A stretch of DNA of 64,000 bases from Epithemia pelagica (lineage: Eukaryota; Protista; Bacillariophyta), in the NCBI GenBank assembly GCA_946965045.2, contig OX337239.1, forward strand, positions 2,294,001 to 2,358,000, written 5' to 3'. Shown here in pieces: positions 33,066 through 46,500 of the stretch. The stretch's first letter is position 1. Every line of letters begins with the position of its first letter. The notes below the pieces were generated by a model. The model did no database searches. It was not told the DNA's origin and worked only from the letters and a program-made list of their open reading frames with translations. The position numbers and the translations under genes were made by a program.

Positions 33066-36000
33066 TCAGTCTTCACTGTCCCACTTGCACTTGTTGTATC
33101 CTAGCATACTAGCAGCTTCCTTTTGCTCTGGTTCCAAATCATCCCAATCAAATTCCGAGGACGGTGGCTCCTTGTCAGCGTCCCACATTTTCTTGCTGTA
33201 TCCCAGGAGCGAGGCAGCCGAGCGCACTATGCAGAACAAGACAATAAAAAATGGTGAGCAACGGCCATTCGTCTCCACCAAGCAATCAAGTCGTCTTCTC
33301 ATCGTCACCCCACACGTACCGTGTTCGGGGAGCTCGTCCCAGTCAAAGTCGTCATATGCTTCTTCTTCAATATTGGAAGACAGGGGTTCAGTTCCGTCTG
33401 CCAGTCCTGCTCCTTTGTTTGTGTCTTTGATCACATTGGCGGAAAGTTGTTCCCAATCCGATCGTATCAACATGACCGCATTGAGAGATCCCGAACAGGC
33501 GTAGCCGACCACAACAGATCCCACCATGGCTTGGAGATCAAAGTTGAACGCCAAGGCAAATATGGAGGCCAAGGGAAGTGTAAGTCCCCAGCTTCCAATA
33601 AATCCCACGGCTGTGGCGAGTGCGTAGCGACCTTGTGCTCCCAAAATCGACCAGCACATGGAGCCAAACATTAATGCTATATTTCCCACGGCGACCAAAG
33701 GAAATAGATCGGTCAATAAAGTTTGCAAGGTTTCATCCGTAGTGAAAAACCCCGGTAGGATATCTTTCATGGCAATAATTGGAATGGAAAAGAGGAGGGA
33801 CAAGATGGTTCCGAGGTACAGTGATTTGTTGCCCATGCTTCGGGCCCTGTAGGGCTGACCGGAACCCAGCATTTTGCCCACCTTGACTTCAGCCGCATCG
33901 GCAATGGCCAAGCTGATTTCTTCAATAGCCTCCCAGAACCACCCCAACAATCCCCAGGCCGAGACTTCGGCAGGACCCATGAATCCAGCCAACACGGTCA
34001 ACACTTCCCATTCTCCCGTAGACATGACAAATCCAATCGAGAGGGGAAGAGCTGTCTTGCAAAAGATGCGGAGGGCTTGTGTATTGGCGGGAGCAAAGTT
34101 ACCAATCATTCCACCCCAATAGTCCTTGAGCCAACCCTTGTGTACCAGAATGGCCACAAAAATCACGGTCGACACCACGTCCAATGCCAAACCCAAGAGG
34201 GCTATATCTCGTAGACTGGGACTGCTATATTTGGCATAGAAAAAGGTGGCAAAAAATGCCACAATCCCTTCCGTGATTGTGAAACACGCTGTAAAGACTT
34301 CATGTTCGGTAACTTCCAGTATATGGTCCAATCCCTCTCGATACACGTTAAAGAGATAGGAAACAAACTCCACTTGAGCGTAGCTCACGGCAATGTCGGC
34401 TACTTCTTGTTCAAAGCCAAACAAGAGGACAATGTCTTCCAAATAGAACCATAGAATAACCCCCATGGGCAACAGGAGGGCTTGATAAAAGACAACTCCA
34501 ATTTGTACATATTGACCTGCGAGATAATATCTCTGTGCCCCCACAGCATGACTGCACAGTGTAAACAAGGACGTCAAGGCTCCTTCCATAAACATGGTGG
34601 CCAGTGAAAGGACCGTGTCTACAATAAAGAGGGCAGAGAGTTCTTCGGTTCCCACCAAACGACCAATAATGGCCACTTCCATCAACTCAAAGACATGAAC
34701 AACAAAGGTGTGGATGGTAAAGGGTAAGGCGAGCTTGACAATACCTCGTGTATCGCCGTCGCACTTGTAAAACTTGTATTTTTTCCAAGAAGATACCGTA
34801 AGGGTACGTCGGCCATCAGAGGAAGACGAGGTGGATGACGACGAGGCCTTGCTTTGGTTGTCGTCCATCTTTTCTGGTTCGTCGGCTGGGCCACCTTTGG
34901 ATGGAACCGAAGAGACGCTGTGGTCCGTCTTAGTGGTCTTTTTGTGCTCGTTCGTGGACCTGGAGGACGACACATTGTCGTCATCATCATCTTCATCTCC
35001 AGCATGACCCATGTGCAAAAGGGCTTGGATAACTTGTCCCCCTCCTTGTATTCTTCGGACATCACGCGCTTTGGGATGCCACAATTCCTTGGTCGTCACA
35101 TATTCTGTCATGGCCTCTTCCAAATAGGCCAAACCGGTAAAACTCATGACCGACCCCCTGGACGAACTGGAAACAGATCCATCGTCGTCCACGACATTGC
35201 CATGTTTGCGGCGTCGTTGACTTTTTCCGGAGCGATTGCTATTGCTAGTGGTTACCGATACTCCTTCATTGTCATGGTCTTGTACATGCTCCCGTGTCCT
35301 CCTCCTTGTTTTGGAGGAAGAAGAACGGTGCTTTGTAGCAGTAATGGGGACAGGTGTCGTGGCGGTCTGCAAGGACTGCAAAAAGGATGGCAAATACGAA
35401 TGGCTCGTCCGGTTGTTGCTATTTTCCTGGTCCTGGTTGGAGGTACCGCCAGACGAACGACTCAGGGGCCAGGACGATGTCGGACCCATGACCGCGGCGG
35501 CCGGCGGAACGGGCGAGGACGATGTGGTAGCCAATGGAGTTGTGGTTGTTGTTGGTTTGGAAGATGAGGGATGGGTGGCCGAAACGGTGCTATTGCCTCC
35601 TTGAAAGCTCAAGGTATCAATAAAGTTGGTCCACGAGGAAACCACCGATTCATCTTCCTTTTCCTTCTTGTCATTCTCAGCAGCAGTGACCTCTTCAGTG
35701 CCAACCGGAACCGACAAGGCACTCATGGCCGTAACTACCGAACCATCCTCCTCCGCATCCAAGCCACTGTTTTGTCGTAAAAAGACAATTTCATGCTCTT
35801 TATTGTCCTTGTCCTCCGCCAGAGAAAGAGGATCACTCTTCGTAGCACTGCTGCTTGTGTGATGCTCGTGGGGTGGTTTCTGGGAGGACGCCATTGTAGT
35901 ACTGCCATTGGGATCCTTAACGAGGACACATTCTTGTCCCGACGGGGATGTAAAGCGTTTTTGTGGATCGCCTGTCGGGCATTGCGACAAGGTACGAGAC

Positions 36001-36401
36001 GAAAGGGTGTTTGTTGTTGTGGTTGTGTTCGTCGGGTACTGCTTATTGGTGGTGTCGTGTTCGTCCAGTGGCAGTGCTTCATCATTTTCTTCTGCCTCCT
36101 CCTCCTCGAGTGGTTGACTGTGAACCGGTTGTGGTGGTTCGGGGAGGTCTTTTGGGTCTTGTTGTTGTTGGTTTTGTCGTCGTTGTTGTCTCGTGGTTCG
36201 AATCTGGTCCATGCGATTGCCAATTCGAACACACAGAGGAATGGCGGCAATCATGAGCAACGACACAAGAGTGGTAACAATCAAGGCCCAAGGTGCCGTG
36301 TCAATGGTATCCACCTCATAATTGGCAAATCCTTCGTCGTCGTCATGGTTGGTGGTTTCTTGAACCGCGGCGGCTTCGTCGTATTCGACTGGAAGTGTCA
36401 T
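33066..36401 (-). CDS. MATE-family transporter with long N-terminal extension; intron 33227-33319
   Basis: Twelve-helix MATE pattern (LALPF..IGRLVGTEELSA..GEWEVLTVLAGFMGPAEVSAW..GKMLGSGQPYRAR). In-frame 93-nt intron (GTACGT...TAG) before the C-terminal W-rich repeats. Confidence 0.88.
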   Translation of the reverse strand: MTLPVEYDEAAAVQETTNHDDDEGFANYEVDTIDTAPWALIVTTLVSLLMIAAIPLCVRIGNRMDQIRTTRQQRRQNQQQQDPKDLPEPPQPVHSQPLEEEEAEENDEALPLDEHDTTNKQYPTNTTTTTNTLSSRTLSQCPTGDPQKRFTSPSGQECVLVKDPNGSTTMASSQKPPHEHHTSSSATKSDPLSLAEDKDNKEHEIVFLRQNSGLDAEEDGSVVTAMSALSVPVGTEEVTAAENDKKEKEDESVVSSWTNFIDTLSFQGGNSTVSATHPSSSKPTTTTTPLATTSSSPVPPAAAVMGPTSSWPLSRSSGGTSNQDQENSNNRTSHSYLPSFLQSLQTATTPVPITATKHRSSSSKTRRRTREHVQDHDNEGVSVTTSNSNRSGKSQRRRKHGNVVDDDGSVSSSSRGSVMSFTGLAYLEEAMTEYVTTKELWHPKARDVRRIQGGGQVIQALLHMGHAGDEDDDDDNVSSSRSTNEHKKTTKTDHSVSSVPSKGGPADEPEKMDDNQSKASSSSTSSSSDGRRTLTVSSWKKYKFYKCDGDTRGIVKLALPFTIHTFVVHVFELMEVAIIGRLVGTEELSALFIVDTVLSLATMFMEGALTSLFTLCSHAVGAQRYYLAGQYVQIGVVFYQALLLPMGVILWFYLEDIVLLFGFEQEVADIAVSYAQVEFVSYLFNVYREGLDHILEVTEHEVFTACFTITEGIVAFFATFFYAKYSSPSLRDIALLGLALDVVSTVIFVAILVHKGWLKDYWGGMIGNFAPANTQALRIFCKTALPLSIGFVMSTGEWEVLTVLAGFMGPAEVSAWGLLGWFWEAIEEISLAIADAAEVKVGKMLGSGQPYRARSMGNKSLYLGTILSLLFSIPIIAMKDILPGFFTTDETLQTLLTDLFPLVAVGNIALMFGSMCWSILGAQGRYALATAVGFIGSWGLTLPLASIFALAFNFDLQAMVGSVVVGYACSGSLNAVMLIRSDWEQLSANVIKDTNKGAGLADGTEPLSSNIEEEAYDDFDWDELPEHGTCGVTMRRRLDCLVETNGRCSPFFIVLFCIVRSAASLLGYSKKMWDADKEPPSSEFDWDDLEPEQKEAASMLGYNKCKWDSED

Positions 36402-37807
36402 GGGAAACGTGCGATAATGATGATGATAACGAATCTGAGTGGGTAGTCCTCCTGTATCGATTTCCTGTCACGAGAGCGAGTGAGAACGATCCAAGAAATA
36501 GGCTTTTGCACAACCTTGGTGTGATCAAAAGGGTTGCCAAACGATCCAGTCGAATACCAAGAGACGATGATATGATGTGATTGCACTTTATTGCTTCGCT
36601 TTGCCTCTCTTTTGTCGTCTGTTATGTTGTTGTGGTTGTGGTTGTGATTGTGACAGACATGAGAATGAGAGATGTGCCGAATACCGAATGCCGAATGCCA
36701 ATAGGCACACGAACACGACTACTTAGAAGTATGCCGTTGAGACGAGGCCAGCGCGCGCGCAGCGGCACCTCCGCCTTGGTATTGCGCACGCGTTTCCTGT
36801 CACGCCCATTCGGATCGCTGGGCCTTGGCGACCCCCCACACGTGTCTTTGGGGTACCAACAGTAATCACTCATAGACACGTGCATGTCCTCGCAACTATC
36901 GCTTAGGTGCCGTGCACGAACCCTCTTAACGATCATGTTTGGAACACTTATTCTTTGTGTGACGGCCGCTTGTGCAAGCACGCGCTTCTTAGGGATCACC
37001 TGTTTTGCAATTGATTGTGGCGGCAGCAGACCTTCCTTCCCTCACAACCCACAACAGCTGGCCACAACTCAAACTCAAAGCATAAACTACAATACCACAA
37101 ACACTCGTGTAACCGAAGGGAGTGCGACATTCGTTCTTTGTGGACATGTGAGTTGCACGACATGATGGCTCATGCCGGGGCATTTTGTTTCGCTCTCTCT
37201 ATCCGACGGGGACGTTGGCTGTTCGTTGGATCCATCCTTCTTATTTCTGGTTCTTGTAGTGTCGCCCCCTCATGAAGCTCTTGTGATCATTCCGGACATG
37301 GTCTGAATACTACGTAGGTACACTCCGAGATGTTTGGATGTTCCCGTTGGAGAGAGTGTGTATATACATACATGAGTTGTGGCTCCGGTCTCTTTTTCCG
37401 GCAAGCTCTAAAAGAGAGTGTACCGAACGAGGTATTCCACGCTTGCATTGCAAGCACAGAATCATCATCATCAGACTAAAAATTCAAGTAAAACCATAAC
37501 AATGCCATCTCGATTTCTCCAACGCCTTCCTGTCTATTCATTGTGGGAGAATCTCTGGTTGTTCTAGGAGGAGTTGCTATTCGTAGTAGGAGGAGGCTTA
37601 GAATTAGGAGTCCTCCCATAGTCCAGAGACCGACAATGGGTAGCTTTTGGTCGGTCCGTAGTCAGTGGTCAGTGACCAGTGACGGCATACGGCATCCGTT
37701 TATGGGTCGCGTTTGGCGCCTGAGAAGATTCAAATAATGGATTGTGGATGTGGAATCATTGGAGCATCTCACATCGCTTCGACACACCCTCATCTCCATG
37801 AAAAGCC

Positions 37808-39889
37808 ATGCAATCGAAAACAATCAGCATGATCAATTGGTTACTGAGACGTTTCATAGAACTGAACGACAAAGATGACCATGGGAGGTTCCTACTACAA
37901 GAAGATCAACAAGATGACGATTCCGCCACCACCAGCAACGACACAGTGATTCCCATGTTTGATTCGTGGGTGGATCAAGAACGATTTTATATCGTGAACA
38001 TTGTGTTTGTGGTGTTGAATTTGGCCTTTGTGGCCATATTGGCCGGTCTGTACTTGGGACTGTTGACGTTGGATGTGTTGGATTTGCAAATTTTGCAACG
38101 CGTGTCCAAAGACCAAGACGAACGCACCTATGCCAAGGAAATTCTTCCCATTGTCAAGGAACGACATTTGTTGCTCGTCACGATTTTGCTGGTGGATTCC
38201 TTGGCCTACGAATCACTTCCCATCTTTTTGGAAGCCTTGGTACCCGGTTGGGTGGCAGTCTTGTTGTCGTCCACCTTGATTTTGGTCTTTGGGGAGATTT
38301 TGCCGTCGGGTATTTTTACTGGACCCAATCAGTTGTACTTGGCCTATACCTTGGCACCCGTTGTCAAATTCTGCATGTGGCTCTTTTACCCCGTTGCCAA
38401 ACCAGTGGCCAAGCTATTGGATTATCTGACACAGCAAGAAGAAGACGACGGAGAGGCCTACGATCGGGAAGAATTGTCCGCCTTGGTTCGAATCCAACAC
38501 GAAGAGCGCATGAAAACAACAACAACATCGACGACGACGACGACAACAACAACAACCTCAACGACATCACTGCCACCGACGCCCCATTCAAGTCGAAGTC
38601 GGAGACCAAGTATCAAAGAAGTCATCAAGTATCAACGCAACAAGGATCGGCAATGGAATGCGCTCAAATCCCAAATTATGGAACGCGTCAATGAAATGCA
38701 CAATCACGATGATTCCGACAATGATACCGAAACGGCCAGTCGGCATTACAGTATCGGTGGCGGTGGCGCCGCCATGGACCAGTTGGTCCCACCCCTGCAT
38801 CCCACAGAAGTGGACATGGTGGAAGGTGCGCTGAGTTTGGGTACCAAATTGGCCATGGATGTCTATACACCCTTTGCGCATGTGTATACCTTACCACACG
38901 ACTTGATTTTGGACAAGGCCAGTGTGACGGATATCTTTTCGCAAGGGTATTCCCGCGTCCCCATTTACGATCGTCACAAGGACGAATCGGCCTATCTTGG
39001 CTTTTTGGTCACTCGCCATTTAATGATGATTGATTGGCAAGACAAACGGGAAGTCTCCACCCTCTACTTGAAACGTCCCACCTGCGTCAGTCCTCGCACC
39101 AATTTGGTCGATCTGCTCAAGGTCCTTCAAAACGATGGACCCCAAATGTCGTGTACGTTCGTAGTTGTCTTGCCGATCGATTTGATCCAAGAGAGTGTGA
39201 AACGTTTATCTTTGTTTTGGTTTGATTTTGCATGTGCTCTTACCTTACTTTTGGCGTTCTGATCATGTGTTTGTTTGGTCCGTATTTTCTGTTGCTTGCA
39301 TTGTGTTTTCTGTTCTCTTTCTCGTTGCTCAGTCGTCTGCGCTCGTCCCGATTTGGCCAACAAGGCTTTACGTGCCCAAGAAGCCATTCCAGTTGAAGCA
39401 GGACTCATGGGCATTGTTACTTTGGTGGATATCATGGAATCTATTTTGCAGGAACGAATATACGACGAAGAAGATATTCAAGACCGAGATCGTGCTGTCA
39501 ATACCTTGACACGTTGGGCGGCGACCAAATTGCAATCCTTTTTGCTCAAAAAGACCAAGAGCAGCAAATCGATCCAAGTCTTGTCCAACAATCCTAGTAG
39601 TACTACTTCGACGACGACGACGACGAGTACCAACCGAATCGTTTCATCATCACCCACTTCTTCATTACCACGACAACGACGACAAAGACCCGTACCATCC
39701 TCCTCCTCCCTCGCAGGTATGGCTCAAAATCAGTCGTCACGGTTCGCGTCCCAATCCTCGTTGACGGTATCTGTGAATGAAACGACGCCATTGCTAGTAC
39801 CTTCGGGATCCGCATCACAACAACCACGTACAATTCTCCAGCATACAACGTCACAACAACAACCAGTGGAACAAGAACATCCCGTGTAA
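37808..39889 (+). CDS. CNNM/DUF21-CBS domain metal (Mg2+) transporter; intron 39153-39332
   Basis: GLYLGLLTLD, HLLLVTILL, ESLPIFL, ILVFGEILP, QGYSRVPIY, GIVTLVDIMESIL..IYDEED. A GTACGT...CAG intron joins the two ORFs in frame. Confidence 0.88.
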
Positions 39890-40453
39890 TGTGCCCCGAG
39901 GTCGGTCCAGTCCCCACTAAAGCTCTGTTGGTTTTCGTACAATCCATCATGACACCCGAATCCAGTTGTTGGCACTCTACTCCTTCCAGAGGAGAAGCCA
40001 AACCCACAAATTTGCCTAAAATGGGAACTTCCATGTTGCTCTACCTAGTAGATCCAACCACCTTCTCGAGATTATCAGTCATGAAACAGTGCTCCTGCAA
40101 CTTCAAAGTATTGCGATAGAACTCGACGCTGAACCATAATCCTTCTCTTCTCCCACGTATAGATAGGGAGAAAATAAACCTAAACAACAGCAAACAGTCA
40201 GATGCCCCAACTATCTATCCTATCTCAAGAGGAATACCTTACCTCTGATTCTTGAGAAAAATGAGTGGGCACCCCATCTTTTTGTGTCATGACACCCCCT
40301 TTTCAAGGGGAATGAATGACACAGCACATCAGGACCGATCCAAAACATCAACCAAGACGACGTGTGTAGGCCTCTGTGGATTGATCGGACAAGAATTAAG
40401 CTCACCATTGATCCGACCGATCGCCATTCATAAAATACTGATTGGATTAGACC

Positions 40454-41529
40454 ATGTCTCGTGGCAGTCGTTATTGTTGCCCTGGAAGGAGGGTATTCAT
40501 GTCGTCGTTTGGGCCATGTCGGTGGATGGTGGTCGGTGCCGTGATGACAACACTTCTCCTGGGATGGGTCGAAGATTCTACAGCCTTTGTTCTCGTGAAA
40601 CCGTCGTCAACAGAAGCAACATACAGAAAGCCAATAATATCAATAACAACAAGAACACAACCGATGCCAACCTCACGGTTGCATGCGTCCGGCAAGGGAT
40701 TTGGCTCATCCTCCAGTGACAATAAGAGCAAACCAGACATGAAAGCGAATATTCCACCTCCAAGCTTTGACTTGGAAGCAGAGGAAACTACAAAGACGGA
40801 GAAGTTGCCCGAACCATCCAAGGGCATGAATTCCGGTCAACGCGCCTTGGCGGAGATGCGTCGTCAACGTGCCGAAGCCAAGAATGCCGAATTGCAAAAA
40901 TTGCAAGCCTTGGTGGAAACGGATGCTCAAGTGCGAGAAACACCGGCAGCCATTCCCGAAAAGGTAGCCCAACGTATGGGATCTCGCATGATTGCTTTTG
41001 TCGGTTTGCCCCTATTTTTGGGATTGGGATCCTTTGTCGCCTTTTGGTATTTCGCCACCTACAAGGGAATGGAATTTCAACCCGGTCTGGTTGCTGCCAC
41101 CACCATTGGCTTGCTCGTCATTAGTTTATTGGTACGTCTGGCTGCAGGAAAGCAATGCTTGGTTTCACATGAGAACACTCACCCGTTGGTTCGGTTGATA
41201 CTGTTGAATTGTTTGATGTATTGGCATTTGTTTCTGTTTCCGATTTTGCACGGACGCCTGTCTCCCATTGTCTGTTTGCATGATTTACTTGGTCTTTGTT
41301 CTTGTTGTTGTGCTTTTGTGGTATGTATTTCGGTGTTATGTATAAATAGGGTATTACGTATTCCGTCATGAGTGCATCATGGGATGAAGATCGGGAAGGC
41401 GATTTCTTGGGTGTAGAAGAATTCAAGGCCAATGTGGGTAACGTTCAAGAAGGATTGGATCGATCGAAGGAAAATGCACGACTGCGAGACACCTTGGCCA
41501 GTCAACGACGGGATGATTTCCCAAAGTAG
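40454..41529 (+). CDS. PAM68: PAM68-like photosystem II assembly factor, plastid-targeted; intron 41132-41349
   Basis: STA|FVL presequence. IPEKVAQRMGSRM..GLPLFLG, then after splicing LL|GITYSVMSASWDEDREGDFLGVEEFKANV. The exact start Met is uncertain. Confidence 0.8.
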
Positions 41530-41788
41530 CAGTGTAACGAAACTGTTTTCCAAGCGAACCTCGACTGCAGCAACCATGAAATCACGCGAAGACAGGACGT
41601 TGTACGAGGAAAACGTGAGTTGACTGGTCGTTGGAAACATACATGGACATTGTCAAGGTTCTAGAAGTCGTAATAATGAAACAACTACAGCTAAGTTTTA
41701 ATGTCGCGCTCTCTCTAGACATGCCAAAAACAAAAAGATGAGAAACAACGTGCTGCGCAAGGTTCCGAGACTGAAATTTCCCATTATC

Positions 41789-42795
41789 TCATTTTTTGGC
41801 TCTCTTCCGGCATCTGCTATACATCGCATTGATATCTCGTTTCGTTTCATTGAGGAGACTTTGATCTACCACAGTCCAGTCCGGCAAGGGCTCGTGCCAA
41901 AATGGACTGTATATCACGGTTTTGCTGTTGGGACGCAAAACAGCGGGAACGTAGGAAAACGACGATCGACTAAGCACCAACACGTCCGCTGTCATCATGT
42001 CATACCAAGCCTCATGGAGAGGCACGTCCAAGACCAATTGGACATTGATGTTTTGCTTGTGACCACCGCCAATCCAATAATCGACATCATCGGTCCAAGG
42101 TTCGAACGATTCTCCAACCGAATGAATCTTGATCAAAATTTTCCGTGGCTGATGGTCTGGAGAATGATGGGCATGTTGCTGCAGCACATATGTTTGCAGA
42201 ATTCGTCTATAATGTGAATTGGGCATATACCGGTGTCCGTATTTGTTGCAGGGATGAACATCCCCCCGTCGAATGTGCACCGCCACAACCAAAGTGTCGT
42301 CGTTCGAAGCATCTGGATTTGGGTGGAGGCGTTGTTTCAAGCGCACAAGACCGGGCCCCACAAATGCTTGTTGGACATGATCTTTCCATGCCGTCGTAAA
42401 GACGGCACGATTCTGATCGCTGTAGTCTCGGTAGTCTTCACGCTGGGCGACCACAATGGTATTGGGTTGTTGTTGTTGTTCTTTTGGCGGACAAGCCATG
42501 GGTAAAAACTGGGCAGAAGCGGGTCCCACGAGTTGTTCCAACAGGTCTCTTGTGGCCCGGATAAAGTTTGGCCGGTAAACTACGTTCGAACTACTGTTCA
42601 GACAAGCTCCTCCATAGGTCCAATTCTTGGAAAACGCATAGGCATGCGCAATCAGCATATCATGAAGAACCGCACCCCCTCGATCCGACCGAAGCTGAGT
42701 GTATACAATGGTATTTGTGGTTGCTGTGGATGGTGAGGTAGGTGTCGTAGCATTTGTTGTTGTTGTTGTCGTCGGATGAGGTGGAAACGTATCAG

Positions 42796-42839
<44 letters not shown>

Positions 42840-43063
42840 AGTGGTGTTGTTGAAATAGGCGGGAGATTGGAAATGGTCGTTAGACTCGTATTCCAATCGA
42901 CAACACTGATGTAGTAGAGTTGGTAAAATGTGCCAGCCCCGGCAATGAGTATGAACCGAGCCAGTAAATACGGCATTCGCAAGAATACACGACCAGCACC
43001 AGATGAGGACGACACTGGCCGAGAAAAAGAAGTTGAAGAGTGGCTGCCCATGTTGGCCATCAT
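41789..43063 (-). CDS. Type II membrane glycosyltransferase-like protein (GT11/fucosyltransferase-like)
   Basis: N-terminal transmembrane helix, poly-Thr stem, VVAVHIRRGDV motif and ADVLVLSRSSFSY. ATG at 43063; the longer predicted N-terminus is LTR sequence. Confidence 0.65.
42795..42839. repeat. (GTT)15 microsatellite encoding poly-Thr
   Basis: Fifteen perfect GTT units read directly. Confidence 0.95.
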
Positions 43064-43169
43064 GCTAACAGGGTCTGGTTGCTCATTCGTCCTGATGACG
43101 ACCTTTTTGCCTTTTTGTGTTGCTAAAAGTTCGCTTATCAGAAAGATTATACGTTCATTACAGACAAAT

Positions 43170-43409
43170 TGAATAAAAACTGACGGACAGACGCAATATA
43201 CGGCTTGCAACAATCAAATTATCAGAAATTATAATGACTAAACTAGGGGTGCCCTTTGGGGGCAAATCGCTCACGTAGGGGCCAAATAGCGACCACGGTA
43301 CCCACTAGCGAACACATAACTAGGGGCCGGGCGATGCCAGGCGGTGCGTAGCGAGGCATGGCGAGGCCCTTCGTAGGTTACAAAGGGGGCGCCCGTGATT
43401 ATTTATTCA
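43170..43409 (-). repeat. 3' LTR of copia element A
   Basis: TGAATAAA...TTTATTCA termini; 240/240 identical to 50340-50579 on manual comparison. Confidence 0.95.
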
Positions 43410-43531
43410 GTCCCCGCGAACAAAATCGGGGTGGGCAACTTCGTTTAGTTCGTCATGTCAGCAGAGGCCGGTCCAGTACGTCGGACTATTCTTCAAAAGG
43501 GGGCGATCCCATTTTGGATCTAAAAGGGGTG

Positions 43532-46500
43532 CTACCACATGATACGTTGGGCCAGGAATCGCAATCGAGGTCCGGGTAGCAGTTTGGTTAGGATATCGGC
43601 AAGATTCGTTTCACCTTCTTCCCATGCAATGCGCACAAGTCCAGCGGCTTGCGCTTCACGAGTCCGATGATAAGCAATTGCGTTGTGCTTCTTCTTTAGG
43701 ACTGATTCCGGCTGCGTCGAGTTTTTAAACACAGATTCATTGTCGCAAAACACATTCGTCTCTCCATCCAACGGGATACCCATCATTCGCAACTTATAAC
43801 GAAATGCTTCAATCATTTCAATGGCAGTCTTCATCGCCACGAACTCACTGCCAAATGTAGACGTCTCAACAGTGTTTTGTCGTTTTGAATACCACATGAT
43901 CGGTGCTCGTTGCAAGAACAGTAGGACTCCTGTTTGAGAGCGCCGTGTGACACGACATCCAGCATGATCAGCATCGACAAAGCAAGTCGTGGTGACAGCG
44001 TTTCCACGCGGTGCTGGTGCGTTTGGCGGAATCGGCTCGGCAGCATCAGGATAATACTCAGACCAATCCGGTCTGGTAAAACGTGACTCGTCGAAGTCAG
44101 GGGTTGTGTCGTCGAACACAATGGCGGATTTATCGTACTTCTTCAGATACGCGAAGATGTGCAACGTTTGCTCGAGATGTCCTTCTCGTGGATTCGCCAT
44201 AAAACGGGACATATGGGAGACTGCGGTTGTAATGTCGATACGACCGAGTTCTACAATCCAACGGAGAATACCGATCAGTCCTTGGTAATAGTTTGCACGT
44301 CTTGCGTCGAGTTCAGGAGTCGCGTCCAATTCCGGGCGATATCCGTCGGCGATCGGCGTCGTCACTTTTGACTTCAGCTTTTCTCCGGATTTCTCCAGTT
44401 CCGTTTCGACCTCGGCAAGAGCACGCTTACAATACTTGTCAGCGGACATGGCCCAACGATCACGGTTCGACGGATCTTGCGTGTCGGGTATGGTATAACG
44501 CCGTATTTCGGATCCCAAGTATTCGTCTGGTGGTTTGATACTGTCGGGCTTGATCGTATAGCGCCTCTGCAGGTCCTGCATCACGGTTTTGGGATCATGA
44601 CTAACAATCAGCAGATCATCAATGTAGACCAAAACATACTCGTAATATTGGAACCCATCAGATGGTCGAGTGTTCGCTCGAAGCCATACATCCGGATCAG
44701 CTTGACACATCTTAAATCCCATATCGCGGAGCGTTGCGGCGATGTGATCACGCCACCTTGCGGCAGAACTTTTGAGACCATATAATGCGCGCACTATCAG
44801 TGCAGGTTGTCCAACCTTATCTGGTCCAAATTCGAGTCCCGCGGTGGTATAGGTCTTCTCTTTAGTCGGTGCGTTGAGATATGCGTTTTGCACGTCCCCG
44901 ACGAGAACATCTAGACCATTTAGTGCAGCGATAGTAAAAGCAATGCGTACGCTATCGCGTGATACCACACTAGAATAGGTCGATTCTTTGGGTGGATCTG
45001 TTTTGTGGCCTCCGGCCACCAACCGTGCTTTTCGTCGCAGGTCTGATTTGATGTCAAAAACCATATGGCAGGGGATATGCTTGTATCCAGAAGGCACTTC
45101 GCCATCAGCTGGAAATTCGAAAGCAATGCCAACGTTCTTCATTTCTTTCTCAATAGCCTTACGCCAGAAGTCAGTCCCCGTTCGGCGGTCAATCGCCAGG
45201 GCTTCTTCCACAGAGTGGGGCAACTCAATGCCATATTTGTGCGTTCGCTTCCAATAACGTGACTTTACCTTTTTGATAATACGGTCTCGTTTGCGAAGTG
45301 CACGTGGCACCCACCATGCGAAAGCAGGTTCTTTTGCGATGCCAGTGGATACTGCGTATTCGGCGGCTTCAATCATATTTCCATTCTTGACGTCTTTGAG
45401 CGGCAGCCAAACAGTCGATTGATCGGACAGTTCACATTGTAATTCCCAGCCTTTCGTTGTGTGGTGTGATGTGCCGTCAAGGAACGATGCGTCTGTTCGC
45501 TTAACTGCGGTCTCATCACTGCGGTGACCCACAATGGCTTTCAATGTGTTGAACGCATTGCCCTCCGGGTCAACTTGCGAATACAGATTCTCTGCGATCA
45601 TATTGGTTGCATACGACTCGACCGATCCATCCGGAAACTGTACATCGTAGTACCGGGTATCAAGGATTGGGTTTGCGTCGCGCTCACCAATAGGTCGCCC
45701 ATGAGCATCTTTCGTGCGTCCAATGATTTTCGCTCGAGCGCTTTCACCTCCTCGCGGCAGCATGACTTCAGCGGTGAGGTATTCGTCTAGTTCCTCCGGC
45801 GTGTACGCGTCGGATTCCAGGGCTTCGGCCTCTGGGAACAAGGGCTCTAGAAGTTCACCTTCGTCAAAGAGGTCTGGGGGTGGATCGCTCCCAGTTGTGC
45901 CATCAGATGGCGGCTCTTTCATTTGCGTTTGAATAGCGGTATCATAGTCCAACAACTGCTGATGAATCGTCGGATTCTTCAGGTCGTCTTCCGGAATGGC
46001 CCACACATCTTTCCGTGTGACATGATTGCCCTCTTGCGTTAGGATTTCATAGGCCATATCATCGGTGCAATCATCGGCTAAGCCCAACCATCGGCCAATC
46101 AGTCTTTTTTCGAAGGGAAACTGTGCCATGGGCATGCGATAATACACCGGCTGATAGAATTGGAACATGGCTAATGGAGAGATGTCTGGCGTTGAGCCAA
46201 TTACATGCTCGAACGGTGTACGTCCATCTAATTCAGGGATATCGGATGCCGTGAGTTGCCGTACGTGTGAGCACCATTTAAGAGCATAGCTCCATAAACG
46301 TCGTGGTGCGCCGGTCGTCCTCATAATCTTGACAACTCCCTTCTTTAGTTCACGAATGCTCGCTTCGGCGGCGTTCTGCCATGGACTATAAGGAACCGTT
46401 TTCTCCATCTTTATGCGGTACTCGTTGCATATTTCACGGGACTTCCCTAGGAACAATTCTCGGGCACCATCAGATACCATTGTTTGGGGAATCCCTACAT

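Noticed and set aside
43064-43213. N-terminal extension of the 474-aa ORF
   Set aside because: It starts at TTG inside LTR A and runs through LTR B sequence; the plausible start is ATG 43063.
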